A DNA stretch of 64,000 nucleotides from the NCBI RefSeq assembly GCF_046105845.1, contig NZ_CP151004.1; one strand, 5' to 3'. The position numbers and the translations under genes were made by a program. A model generated the notes under the pieces. The model saw nothing but the letters and a program-made list of their open reading frames with translations. It had not been told where the DNA came from and did not search any database. The stretch is from Escherichia coli. Its GTDB lineage: Bacteria > Pseudomonadota > Gammaproteobacteria > Enterobacterales > Enterobacteriaceae. Position 1 is the first letter of the stretch, and the number at the start of each line of letters is the position of its first letter. Shown here piece by piece: positions 54,345 to 64,000 of this stretch.

Positions 54345-56387
54345 ATGACGAATCCGTTACTGACTCCCTTTGAATTGCCTCCGTTTTCTAAAATTCTCCC
54401 GGAACATGTCGTTCCAGCCGTGACTAAGGCGCTGAACGACTGCCGCGAAAATGTGGAGCGCGTAGTAGCGCAAGGGGCACCGTACACCTGGGAAAATCTC
54501 TGCCAGCCGTTGGCGGAAGTGGACGATGTGCTGGGGCGTATCTTCTCCCCGGTCAGCCATCTGAACTCGGTGAAAAATAGCCCGGAACTGCGTGAAGCGT
54601 ACGAACAAACCCTGCCGCTGCTGTCGGAATACAGCACCTGGGTAGGGCAACATGAAGGGCTGTATAAAGCGTATCGCGACCTACGCGATGGCGATCATTA
54701 CGCCACGCTGAACACGGCGCAGAAGAAAGCGGTTGATAACGCACTGCGCGACTTCGAACTCTCTGGCATCGGTCTACCAAAAGAGAAACAACAACGCTAC
54801 GGTGAGATTGCTACCCGTCTTTCTGAACTGGGCAATCAGTACAGCAACAACGTCCTCGATGCGACGATGGGCTGGACCAAACTCGTTACCGACGAAGCGG
54901 AGCTGGCGGGGATGCCAGAAAGCGCGCTGGCTGCGGCAAAAGCCCAGGCCGAAGCGAAAGAGCTGGAAGGTTATTTGCTGACGCTGGATATCCCAAGCTA
55001 CTTGCCGGTAATGACCTACTGCGACAACCAGGCTCTGCGCGAAGAGATGTATCGTGCTTACAGCACCCGCGCTTCCGATCAAGGCCCGAACGCCGGTAAG
55101 TGGGACAACAGCAAGGTGATGGAAGAGATCCTCGCGCTGCGTCACGAACTGGCGCAACTGCTGGGTTTTGAAAACTACGCCTTTAAATCCCTTGCCACTA
55201 AAATGGCAGAAAATCCGCAGCAGGTGCTTGATTTCTTAACCGATCTGGCAAAACGCGCGCGTCCGCAAGGTGAAAAAGAGCTGGCGCAACTGCGTGCCTT
55301 CGCTAAAGCCGAATTTGGCGTGGATGAGTTGCAGCCGTGGGATATCGCGTACTACAGCGAAAAACAAAAACAGCACCTCTACAGCATCAGTGACGAACAA
55401 CTGCGTCCGTACTTCCCGGAAAACAAAGCGGTTAACGGCTTGTTTGAAGTGGTGAAACGTATTTACGGCATCACCGCTAAAGAGCGTAAAGATGTTGATG
55501 TCTGGCATCCGGATGTACGTTTCTTCGAACTGTATGACGAGAACAACGAACTGCGCGGCAGCTTCTACCTCGACCTGTATGCCCGTGAAAACAAGCGCGG
55601 CGGGGCGTGGATGGATGACTGTGTAGGCCAGATGCGTAAAGCCGACGGTTCGCTGCAAAAACCGGTCGCGTATCTGACCTGTAACTTCAACCGCCCGGTA
55701 AATGGTAAACCGGCGCTGTTTACCCATGACGAAGTGATCACCCTGTTCCACGAGTTCGGTCACGGCCTGCACCATATGCTGACCCGCATTGAAACTGCTG
55801 GTGTATCTGGTATCAGCGGGGTGCCGTGGGATGCGGTCGAACTGCCGAGCCAGTTTATGGAAAACTGGTGCTGGGAGCCGGAGGCGCTGGCGTTTATCTC
55901 CGGTCACTATGAAACCGGCGAACCGCTGCCGAAGGAGCTGCTGGATAAAATGCTGGCGGCTAAGAACTACCAGGCGGCGCTGTTTATTCTGCGCCAGCTG
56001 GAGTTCGGCCTGTTTGATTTCCGCCTCCATGCCGAGTTCCGCCCGGATCAGGGAGCGAAAATCCTCGAAACTCTGGCAGAAATCAAGAAACTGGTTGCCG
56101 TAGTACCGTCTCCATCCTGGGGCCGTTTCCCGCACGCTTTCAGCCATATTTTCGCCGGTGGTTATGCCGCAGGTTACTACAGCTACCTGTGGGCCGACGT
56201 GCTGGCGGCAGATGCCTTCTCGCGCTTTGAGGAAGAGGGCATTTTCAACCGTGAAACCGGACAGTCGTTCCTCGACAACATTCTGAGCCGTGGCGGTTCA
56301 GAAGAGCCGATGGATCTGTTCAAACGCTTCCGTGGTCGTGAACCGCAGCTGGATGCGATGCTGGAGCATTACGGCATTAAGGGCTGA
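54345..56387 (+). CDS. prlC: Oligopeptidase A (M3 family zinc metallopeptidase)
   Basis: 680-aa sequence from internal ATG ([17 protein letters not shown]...), HEFGH zinc-binding motif. Confidence 0.95.
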   Translation: MTNPLLTPFELPPFSKILPEHVVPAVTKALNDCRENVERVVAQGAPYTWENLCQPLAEVDDVLGRIFSPVSHLNSVKNSPELREAYEQTLPLLSEYSTWVGQHEGLYKAYRDLRDGDHYATLNTAQKKAVDNALRDFELSGIGLPKEKQQRYGEIATRLSELGNQYSNNVLDATMGWTKLVTDEAELAGMPESALAAAKAQAEAKELEGYLLTLDIPSYLPVMTYCDNQALREEMYRAYSTRASDQGPNAGKWDNSKVMEEILALRHELAQLLGFENYAFKSLATKMAENPQQVLDFLTDLAKRARPQGEKELAQLRAFAKAEFGVDELQPWDIAYYSEKQKQHLYSISDEQLRPYFPENKAVNGLFEVVKRIYGITAKERKDVDVWHPDVRFFELYDENNELRGSFYLDLYARENKRGGAWMDDCVGQMRKADGSLQKPVAYLTCNFNRPVNGKPALFTHDEVITLFHEFGHGLHHMLTRIETAGVSGISGVPWDAVELPSQFMENWCWEPEALAFISGHYETGEPLPKELLDKMLAAKNYQAALFILRQLEFGLFDFRLHAEFRPDQGAKILETLAEIKKLVAVVPSPSWGRFPHAFSHIFAGGYAAGYYSYLWADVLAADAFSRFEEEGIFNRETGQSFLDNILSRGGSEEPMDLFKRFRGREPQLDAMLEHYGIKG

Positions 56388-56394
56388 TCATTCA

Positions 56395-57147
56395 GTGAAA
56401 ATCTGCTTAATTGATGAAACAGGCACCGGAGACGGTGCCTTATCTGTTCTGGCGGCCCGCTGGGGGCTGGAGCACGATGAAGACAACCTGATGGCGCTGG
56501 TGTTAACGCCGGAACATCTGGAATTGCGCAAGCGTGATGAGCCAAAACTTGGCGGCATCTTTGTTGATTTTGTTGGCGGAGCGATGGCGCACCGACGCAA
56601 ATTCGGCGGTGGTCGCGGTGAGGCGGTGGCGAAAGCGGTGGGCATTAAAGGCGATTATTTGCCGGATGTGGTGGATGCCACTGCAGGACTTGGGCGCGAT
56701 GCCTTTGTGCTGGCTTCAGTCGGCTGCCGCGTGCGGATGCTGGAGCGTAATCCAGTCGTTGCCGCATTGCTCGACGACGGCCTGGCGCGTGGTTATGCGG
56801 ATGCGGAAATCGGCGGCTGGTTGCAGGAGCGTTTGCAGTTAATTCACGCCTCCAGCCTGACGGCGCTGACCGATATTACTCCGCGCCCGCAGGTGGTCTA
56901 TCTCGATCCGATGTTCCCGCATAAGCAGAAAAGCGCGCTGGTGAAAAAAGAGATGCGTGTCTTTCAGTCGCTGGTGGGGCCGGATCTCGACGCGGATGGG
57001 TTGCTGGAGCCTGCGCGGCTGCTGGCGACTAAACGCGTGGTGGTAAAGCGTCCGGACTACGCGCCACCGCTGGCGAATGTTGCTACGCCAAACGCGGTTG
57101 TCACTAAAGGGCATAGGTTTGATATTTATGCAGGTACGCCAGTGTAA
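56395..57147 (+). CDS. rsmJ: 16S rRNA m2G1516 methyltransferase RsmJ (YhiQ)
   Basis: About 250 aa from a GTG start just after the prlC stop ([30 protein letters not shown]...); the ORF track's upstream extension overlaps prlC. Confidence 0.85.
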   Translation: MKICLIDETGTGDGALSVLAARWGLEHDEDNLMALVLTPEHLELRKRDEPKLGGIFVDFVGGAMAHRRKFGGGRGEAVAKAVGIKGDYLPDVVDATAGLGRDAFVLASVGCRVRMLERNPVVAALLDDGLARGYADAEIGGWLQERLQLIHASSLTALTDITPRPQVVYLDPMFPHKQKSALVKKEMRVFQSLVGPDLDADGLLEPARLLATKRVVVKRPDYAPPLANVATPNAVVTKGHRFDIYAGTPV

Positions 57148-57152
57148 AAGTA

Positions 57153-57182
57153 AAGCAGGGTAGCGATAACGCTACCCTGCTT
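57153..57182. terminator. Bidirectional hairpin between convergent rsmJ and dtpB
   Basis: Perfect 12-bp stem agcagggtagcg / cgctaccctgct with loop ataa. Confidence 0.65.
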
Positions 57183-57195
57183 TCTGCAAGAATAA

Positions 57196-58665
57196 TTAAT
57201 GGCTTTCCGGCGTCGCAATCATGCGTTTCAGCCACGGCACCATCAACAGCATCACTACTGCAACGCCCAGCGTGACCAGGCCAATCTTACCAAACACGTT
57301 GGTATAGACGGGCAACGTCTCAAGCGGATCGGTAATGTTGTCTGGTACTGCGGTAAATGTTGCCACATAGCCGCCCAGCAAGAACGCGGCAGCCTGCGTC
57401 AGGAACCACATCCCGAGAATAAAGCCCATCAAATGCTGCGGCACCAGGGCAGCAATCATCGCCAGACCCAGGGCGCTAATAAACAATTCACCCAGGCTCT
57501 GGAACAAGTAAACCAGCACGATAAACCACGGCGATGTCAGTCCTTGTGCATCAGCAAACCACATTCCCGCAGCGGCGGCTGTAAGAAAGCCCAGCGAGCA
57601 CATAAACATGCCGAGAGTAAATTTCATCGGCATCGAGAGGTCTTTGCCTTTGTTACCCAGATGCGTGTAAATGCCTGCTAGTATTGGGCTGGCGAGTACC
57701 ACCCAGAACGGGTTAAGCGCCTGGAAGCTGACCGGGTTGATGGAAAAGCCGAGAATTTCATGATGCACGTTGTTGATAGCAAAGAAATTCAGCGACGTTG
57801 GCATCTGGGCGTAGAGAATGTAAAACACCACCGCTTCGAGCATCAGGACAAAGGCGACAAACATTTTATTGCGCCCGGTTTTATCCAGCTTGAATGCCTG
57901 ACGAAAGAAAATGATGGTGACGACGATGGAGAGAACAATCAGCACCAGATTGGCGACTTCTACGTTGTGCATCAGCCATGCACAGACGAAGATCATCACC
58001 ACGCTGCCAAGTAACACGTACAACAGTTTGCTGAAGCTCATCGGCCGGAAGTCGGGTTCAGAACCAATGTCTTTCACCATTCCGCGACAGGCGATGTAAA
58101 CCAATAGCGCGATAATTAATCCCGCACCGCACAGGTTGTAGGTGACTGAATAGCCGAATCTATCAGCGATCACAGGGGCCAGCGATAACGCTATCAACGA
58201 GCCGATGTTGATCGACATATAGAACAGGGTAAATGCGCCATCAAGCCGCGGATCTTTCGGCGGATAGCACTTCGAAAGCAAGCTGGCTGGGTTAGCTTTA
58301 AACAGGCCGTTACCGACAGCGATAGTCCCCAGGGCGATGAAAATCAGGTCAGGCTTAAGTAGCGACAGGCCGGTCATGAAGTAGCCAATCGCCAGCACAA
58401 GTGCTCCGAGAACAATGGTGCGTTTGGTCCCCAGCAGGTGGTCGCCGACATAGCCGCCAATGGAAATGAGGCCATAGACCAGCGCAGCAAAAGCACCAAA
58501 AGTGACAAAAGCCTGTTCTTGCGAGAATCCAAGCTGCTTAACGAAGAAAACCGCCAGTACGCCCTGCACGCCGTAGTAGCCGAATCGCTCCCATAACTCG
58601 ACAAAAAAGATCATGAAAAATGGGCGAGGTTGCTGCAGCATCCCCATGGGTGTTGTTGTATTCAT
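57196..58665 (-). CDS. dtpB: Di-/tripeptide:H+ symporter DtpB (POT family)
   Basis: 489-aa polytopic ORF, POT/PTR2-like. Confidence 0.93.
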   Translation of the reverse strand: MNTTTPMGMLQQPRPFFMIFFVELWERFGYYGVQGVLAVFFVKQLGFSQEQAFVTFGAFAALVYGLISIGGYVGDHLLGTKRTIVLGALVLAIGYFMTGLSLLKPDLIFIALGTIAVGNGLFKANPASLLSKCYPPKDPRLDGAFTLFYMSINIGSLIALSLAPVIADRFGYSVTYNLCGAGLIIALLVYIACRGMVKDIGSEPDFRPMSFSKLLYVLLGSVVMIFVCAWLMHNVEVANLVLIVLSIVVTIIFFRQAFKLDKTGRNKMFVAFVLMLEAVVFYILYAQMPTSLNFFAINNVHHEILGFSINPVSFQALNPFWVVLASPILAGIYTHLGNKGKDLSMPMKFTLGMFMCSLGFLTAAAAGMWFADAQGLTSPWFIVLVYLFQSLGELFISALGLAMIAALVPQHLMGFILGMWFLTQAAAFLLGGYVATFTAVPDNITDPLETLPVYTNVFGKIGLVTLGVAVVMLLMVPWLKRMIATPESH

Positions 58666-58921
58666 ATTTATTAACCTTCCAATACCATCCTGAAAAGTAT
58701 GAACGCGTAAGGGATAACGCGCGAAAAAGTTTACATCTGTCAGAGATTCTTAATATTGATGCGGTGAATAGATTAATACACTATTACAACAGAAAATAAC
58801 CAGCTGATCACACTAATGATGGAAAATATGATGGTGTTAAATGTTGTATTGGTAGGGGATTTTGATTGCGTACGCAGACCGTAGGCCAGATAAGGTGTTT
58901 ACGCTGCAAGGTAACAAGGCG

Positions 58922-58956
58922 CGCCAAAAAGCAAAACGCCCGCATATGCGGGCGTT
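58922..58956 (-). terminator. Rho-independent terminator of uspA
   Basis: Minus-strand stem aacgcccgc / gcgggcgtt with loop atat, followed by ttttgcttttt. Confidence 0.8.
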
Positions 58957-58980
58957 CAGGAACACGTCGTAGAGGGAAGA

Positions 58981-59415
58981 TTATTCTTCTTCGTCGCGCA
59001 GCGGAACAATCAGCATATCAACGTGAACGGTGTTGATCAGCTGACGTGCGGAAGACATCAGTTTGCTCCAGAAGTCCTGGTGGTGACCACAAACCACCAA
59101 ATCCATATCGTATTTCTTGATTGCATCGACCAGAACCTGACCCAGGTCGCCGCTGCCGCTCAGGGTTTCAGTGATTGGGTAGCCTGCATTAGTGGAAAGC
59201 TCGGTCAGCGCATGATGTGTCTCTTCAGAGATGCGTTTCTGCATATCACCCAGATTCACATCAATAAGCCCGGTGTATAGGTCAGAGTAGTTTACATCTA
59301 CGTGGATCAGAGAAACTTTCGCATTGTAGGGGCGAGCCATAGAGACTGCTTTCTCTACCAGAACTTTGCTTTCCGGGGAGAGATCGACCGCGATGAGAAT
59401 GTGTTTATAAGCCAT
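58981..59415 (-). CDS. uspA: Universal stress protein A
   Basis: 144-aa ORF ([40 protein letters not shown]...). Confidence 0.95.
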
Positions 59416-59805
59416 AGTGTTACTCCTTCCATAAAGTTGTCGATGACTGGCCAGCTAGCGTTTCTTGTGCCGTTACGTCACCCGCGTCCTGCGAACTACG
59501 TGCGCGGGGCTAACCCAGCCGTAAAGATTCAGTGTTAAGACCATCCTTACCTTATAGCGACCCGGATGATCCGTCAATCCGCCTTGCTTACCCGTTAGAT
59601 AAACAAATTTTCGACATGAATATATTGATAGTGGTTAACCTTCTGGAAAAAAAACAACCTGATCTCCTACACTATCTATAGAGCCGCTCGGATGTTGGTC
59701 ACCACAAAAGCGGTTTCTCCAGGACCTGGTGTTAACTGATTGGCAGCGTATCGGGAGCGGTAGCCCCGGGGTGGAACTCCGCGGGCAGGTCGCCGGGGAG
59801 GAGGT

Positions 59806-60141
59806 ATGATAAGCACCGTCGCATTATTTTGGGCTTTATGTGTCGTTTGCATTGTTAACATGGCGCGCTATTTCTCATCACTACGCGCGTTGTTAGTGGT
59901 ACTGCGTAACTGCGATCCATTGCTCTATCAATATGTTGATGGAGGGGGCTTTTTTACCTCACATGGCCAACCCAACAAACAGGTGCGTCTCGTTTGGTAT
60001 ATCTATGCCCAACGTTATCGCGATCATCACGATGATGAGTTTATTCGCCGCTGTGAGCGGGTGCGTCGGCAGTTTATTCTGACCAGCGCATTGTGTGGTC
60101 TGGTGGTGGTCAGCCTGATTGCATTGATGATTTGGCATTAA
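59806..60141 (+). CDS. uspB: Universal stress protein B (small membrane protein)
   Basis: 111-aa ORF with two TM segments, divergent from uspA. Confidence 0.93.
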
Positions 60142-60211
60142 GCACTTCAGCAAAAATAACGCATAAAAAAAGCGGGCCAGTAAACTGACCCGCTCGTTTT
60201 GGTGCGTGCGA

Positions 60212-61711
60212 TTACAGGAACTGCAAGGAGAGCCAGTAAAGCCCGCCGGAAAGCAGTACCGCAGCCGGAAGGGTAAACACCCAGGCCATCAGAATACTGG
60301 TCACGGTTTTACGCTGTAAGCCGCCGCCATCTACCACCATCGTCCCCGCGACAGAAGAGGAGAGTACGTGAGTGGTGGAAACCGGCATCCCGGTATAACT
60401 CGCCAGGCCGATGGACACTGCCGCCGTCATCTGGGCAGACATCCCCTGAGCGTAGGTCATGCCTTTCTTACCGATTTTCTCACCGATAGTCGTTGCCACA
60501 CGACGCCAGCCAATCATCGTACCGATACCTAACGCCAGCGCGACCGCCATGATGATCCACACCGGTGCATACTCGATGGTGCTAAGCATGTCGGACTTCA
60601 GTTTCTTCAACAGGCGCTGATCGTCAGCACTCACACCAGGCATCTTCACCACTTTGTCGATAGTGTCAGAAACGCACAGCATAATGCGGCGCATCTGGCT
60701 ACGTTGATCAAGCGACAGCTTGTCGTAGCTTTCCACATCGGTAGTCAACATGCCTTTCAGGCGGTTGAGCGCGTTAATGGTATTCGACGGATGGCAATGG
60801 AACTCCGCAGGTTGCGTTGCGCCAGCTTCCGGAGCCGGTACTAACTGATCAGCACCGGTAGCCTGTTTCAGCAGCGCAGGGTGCTGCTCAAAGTAAGCTT
60901 CCACGTTGTTGATGGCATCACGGGTACGGGTGATTTCGTAGCCAGTGGCATTCATGTTCACCACGAAGCCTGCTGGTGCGACGCCAATCAATACCAACAT
61001 AACCAGACCAATGCCTTTCTGACCATCGTTCGCGCCATGCGAAAACGCCACGCCGATAGCGGAAAGGATCAGCGCAATACGCGTCCAGAACGGCGGCTTT
61101 TTCTTGCCGTCTTTCTTTTCACGCTCCGCTGGGGTCAGGTGGATACGGGCGCGTTTCTTGGTGCCGCTCCAGTAGCGACGCAGCAAGAAAATCAGACCGC
61201 CAGCAAACACCAGGCCGACAATAGGGGAAACGATCAGAGAACCGAAAATACTTAATACTTTCGGGATATTGAGTGCATCCACCACTGACGTCCCGGTCAT
61301 CAACGCATTGGTTAAACCAATCCCGATGATCGCGCCAATCAGCGTATGAGAGCTGGATGCAGGTAAACCAAAGTACCAGGTACCCAGGTTCCAGATAATC
61401 GCCGCCAGCAACATAGAGAACACCATGGCAAGGCCATGAGACGATCCCATATTAAGCAGCAGATCCGTCGGCAGCATATGCACAATGGCATAGGCAACAC
61501 TCAGACCACCCAGCAAAACACCCAAAAAGTTGAATACCGCCGCCATAACCACGGCGAGCTGAGAACGCATCGCGCGGGTATAGATAACGGTTGCCACGGC
61601 GTTGGCTGTGTCATGGAAACCATTGATGGCTTCGTAGAACAGCACAAAAGCCAGTGCAAGCAATAATAACAGCCCGGTATGCAAATCCAGGCCAGCAAAC
61701 AAATGTAGCAT
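60212..61711 (-). CDS. pitA: Low-affinity inorganic phosphate transporter PitA
   Basis: 499-aa polytopic ORF, PiT-family like. Confidence 0.95.
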
Positions 61712-61942
61712 AGGACGTTACGCCATTTTGAGGACATGAACGCGGCGCATTATCAGTGACTTTCGCGGCGCGGGCAAAGTGAAATATAGACTTTTTTTGA
61801 TTTGCCTCCTGTATGGATTTCACTCAAAAAATAATTATCTTATATAATTCAGGCAAATACTTCCTTTTAGTAATATTGATGCTGGTGCGACCACTGAGGA
61901 ATCTTTACAATTCACGCCCGTTTTTTCTAAGAGGAGCGCAAC

Positions 61943-63157
61943 GTGGAAAGGTTTGATGCCATTATTATAGGCGCTGGTGCGGCGGGTATGTTCTGTTCTG
62001 CGCTGGCAGGTCAGGCAGGACGCCGGGTTCTGCTGATCGATAATGGTAAAAAACCAGGGCGCAAAATCCTTATGTCTGGCGGTGGGCGCTGCAACTTTAC
62101 CAACCTTTATGTCGAACCAGGCGCTTATCTGAGCCAGAATCCGCATTTTTGTAAGTCTGCACTCGCGCGTTTTACCCAGTGGGATTTCATTGATCTGGTC
62201 AATAAACACGGCATCACCTGGCACGAGAAAACGTTAGGGCAACTCTTCTGCGATGACTCCGCGCAGCAGATTGTCGACATGCTGGTGGATGAGTGCGAGA
62301 AGGGCAATGTGGCCTTCAGATTGCGTAGCGAAGTGCTGAGCGTGGCGAAGGATGATACAGGCTTCACGCTTGAACTGAACGGCATGACTGTCGGTTGCGA
62401 AAAGCTGGTCATCGCGACCGGTGGACTGTCAATGCCGGGGCTGGGCGCGTCGCCGTTTGGTTATAAGATTGCCGAACAATTTGGCCTCAACGTGCTGCCG
62501 ACCCGCGCGGGCCTGGTGCCATTCACTCTGCATAAACCGTTGCTCGAAGAGTTACAGGTGCTGGCGGGCGTGGCGGTGCCTTCCGTGATTACCGCTGAAA
62601 ACGGCACCGTTTTCCGTGAGAACTTACTCTTCACCCACCGCGGCTTATCTGGACCGGCGGTGTTGCAAATTTCCAGCTACTGGCAACCGGGTGAATTTGT
62701 CAGTATCAATCTGCTACCGGATGTGGACCTCGAAACCTTCCTGAATGAGCAGCGTAATGCACATCCGAATCAGAGCCTGAAAAACACACTGGCGGTTCAT
62801 CTACCGAAGCGGTTGGTTGAACGTTTACAACAACTCGGGCAAATCCCGGATGTTTCGCTAAAACAGCTCAACGTGCGTGACCAACAGGCACTGATTAGCA
62901 CATTGACCGACTGGCGCGTACAACCCAACGGCACTGAAGGCTATCGCACTGCCGAAGTGACGCTCGGCGGAGTGGACACCAACGAACTCTCTTCACGGAC
63001 GATGGAAGCGCGCAAAGTGCCTGGGCTGTACTTCATCGGCGAAGTGATGGACGTCACCGGTTGGCTGGGGGGCTATAATTTCCAGTGGGCGTGGTCGAGT
63101 GCGTGGGCTTGTGCGCAGGATTTGATTGCAGCGAAGTCGTCCAGAGCTATTTCCTAA
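61943..63157 (+). CDS. yhiN: FAD-dependent flavoprotein YhiN (HI0933-like family)
   Basis: 404-aa ORF with N-terminal dinucleotide-binding motif (DAIIIGAGAAGMFC). Confidence 0.9.
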   Translation: MERFDAIIIGAGAAGMFCSALAGQAGRRVLLIDNGKKPGRKILMSGGGRCNFTNLYVEPGAYLSQNPHFCKSALARFTQWDFIDLVNKHGITWHEKTLGQLFCDDSAQQIVDMLVDECEKGNVAFRLRSEVLSVAKDDTGFTLELNGMTVGCEKLVIATGGLSMPGLGASPFGYKIAEQFGLNVLPTRAGLVPFTLHKPLLEELQVLAGVAVPSVITAENGTVFRENLLFTHRGLSGPAVLQISSYWQPGEFVSINLLPDVDLETFLNEQRNAHPNQSLKNTLAVHLPKRLVERLQQLGQIPDVSLKQLNVRDQQALISTLTDWRVQPNGTEGYRTAEVTLGGVDTNELSSRTMEARKVPGLYFIGEVMDVTGWLGGYNFQWAWSSAWACAQDLIAAKSSRAIS

Positions 63158-63458
63158 AGATGAAAATTATTAGAGTCGCATTAAAAATGAGCTAATTTTG
63201 ATAGTGGTTATCTTGTGATTATTTTCTAATGAGCCTGTGAACTGAGACCCTCCATGCTTAATATAAGGTGGAGGGAAAGGTGATTAAAACTCCCCCAGTG
63301 GCCAGATCTTTATAAAATATGAACAGGTTGAAAAAAACAGTAACTTTGCTGTTTTTTATACTTAACCACTATGCATTAATGCTGCGTTATTTCATTCTAC
63401 CTAAGAAAAACCAGCGTTACGCAAATGGTCAACGCTGGTTTTATCCGGTACGTTGCAA

Positions 63459-64000
63459 TTATTTTTTAGCAGAACCCGCTTCTAATATTGAAACGATTGA
63501 GAACAACGTAAAGCATACCGCTCCCAAACCGACCAGAACCCGCGAAGGAATAAAATATCCCATATCGGTCTGCGCCATTTCCGCAAGAAACGATGCCAGG
63601 AAAAGGCAAAACAGGCAGGTGAAGACGGGAATCATCGGTATTCTGTTGGCTAACGAACAGGTACGTCTCCAGACCAGTGCCAGTAGCCAGACTTTTGAGA
63701 ATATGCTGTAACAGATCATTCCGAGGCAAATGAGGATAATGCCGGGAGCCAGTCGGGCGCTTGCATCGGAGCTGACTAACACGTATATGCCCTGCAGCAC
63801 CGTGATTGAGCCGAGAATAATAACCCAATAACACCACAGCCAGTGCTCTTTGGATGAGAACGTATTACGTGTTTGATGGACGATTGTGGCAACAAGGCCA
63901 ATTAGACAGGCACAGATTGCGGTTAACCCAAGCAATACGTGACCGGCGACATAATGCGGAGTTATGTCGGCACTACGTAACAGCGTAATAGACCAAATGA
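63459..64000 (-). CDS. yhiM: Inner membrane protein, probably YhiM, 5'-truncated at window end
   Basis: Hydrophobic multi-TM ORF reaching the window edge; identity rests mainly on recalled position next to yhiN. Confidence 0.6.
   Translation of the reverse strand, partial: IWSITLLRSADITPHYVAGHVLLGLTAICACLIGLVATIVHQTRNTFSSKEHWLWCYWVIILGSITVLQGIYVLVSSDASARLAPGIILICLGMICYSIFSKVWLLALVWRRTCSLANRIPMIPVFTCLFCLFLASFLAEMAQTDMGYFIPSRVLVGLGAVCFTLFSIVSILEAGSAKK

Noticed and set aside
55236-56147. 303-aa minus-strand ORF inside prlC
   Set aside because: Antisense to the oligopeptidase A gene; spurious.
63319-63711. 130-aa plus-strand ORF overlapping yhiM
   Set aside because: Overlaps a multi-TM gene on the opposite strand; no support.

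Overview
This window is Escherichia coli chromosome, collinear with (and inverted relative to) the K-12 region running from the cellulose operon to pitA/yhiN; the identification rests on the translated ORFs and recalled gene order, as no database search was possible. Gene order is bcsZ(partial)-bcsC-pdeK-dctA-yhjJ-kdgK-pdeH-yhjG-yhjE-yhjD-yhjC-yhjB-treF-yhjA-gadA-gadX-(gadY)-gadW-mdtFE-gadE-hdeD-hdeAB-yhiD-[chu haem locus]-dctR-slp-yhiS-[permease + ArsR-like regulator]-arsCBR-(agrB/agrA/dinQ)-gor-rlmJ-prlC-rsmJ-dtpB-uspA-uspB-pitA-yhiN-yhiM(partial). Most of it is well-characterised core genome, including the AT-rich acid-fitness island. Three places differ from the K-12 arrangement as I recall it: (1) a roughly 9 kb haem-uptake and degradation island (chuVUYXWT / chuAS) between yhiD and dctR, typical of pathogenic E. 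coli and Shigella; (2) an intact, AT-rich 407-aa yhiS-type ORF with no IS5 insertion; (3) about 1.5 kb between yhiS and arsC carrying a Cys-rich permease with a TPFCSCS motif and a divergent ArsR-family regulator with a C-terminal Cys pair, with two 20-bp dyad boxes between them. Items 2 and 3 (about 45.5-48.8 kb) are the best candidates for something under-described, but nothing here is demonstrably a new system. I found no rRNA, tRNA, CRISPR array, transposase or prophage gene. Coordinates of CDSs derive from the supplied ORF track plus codon offsets; coordinates of small non-coding features were read by hand and may be off by a few bases.
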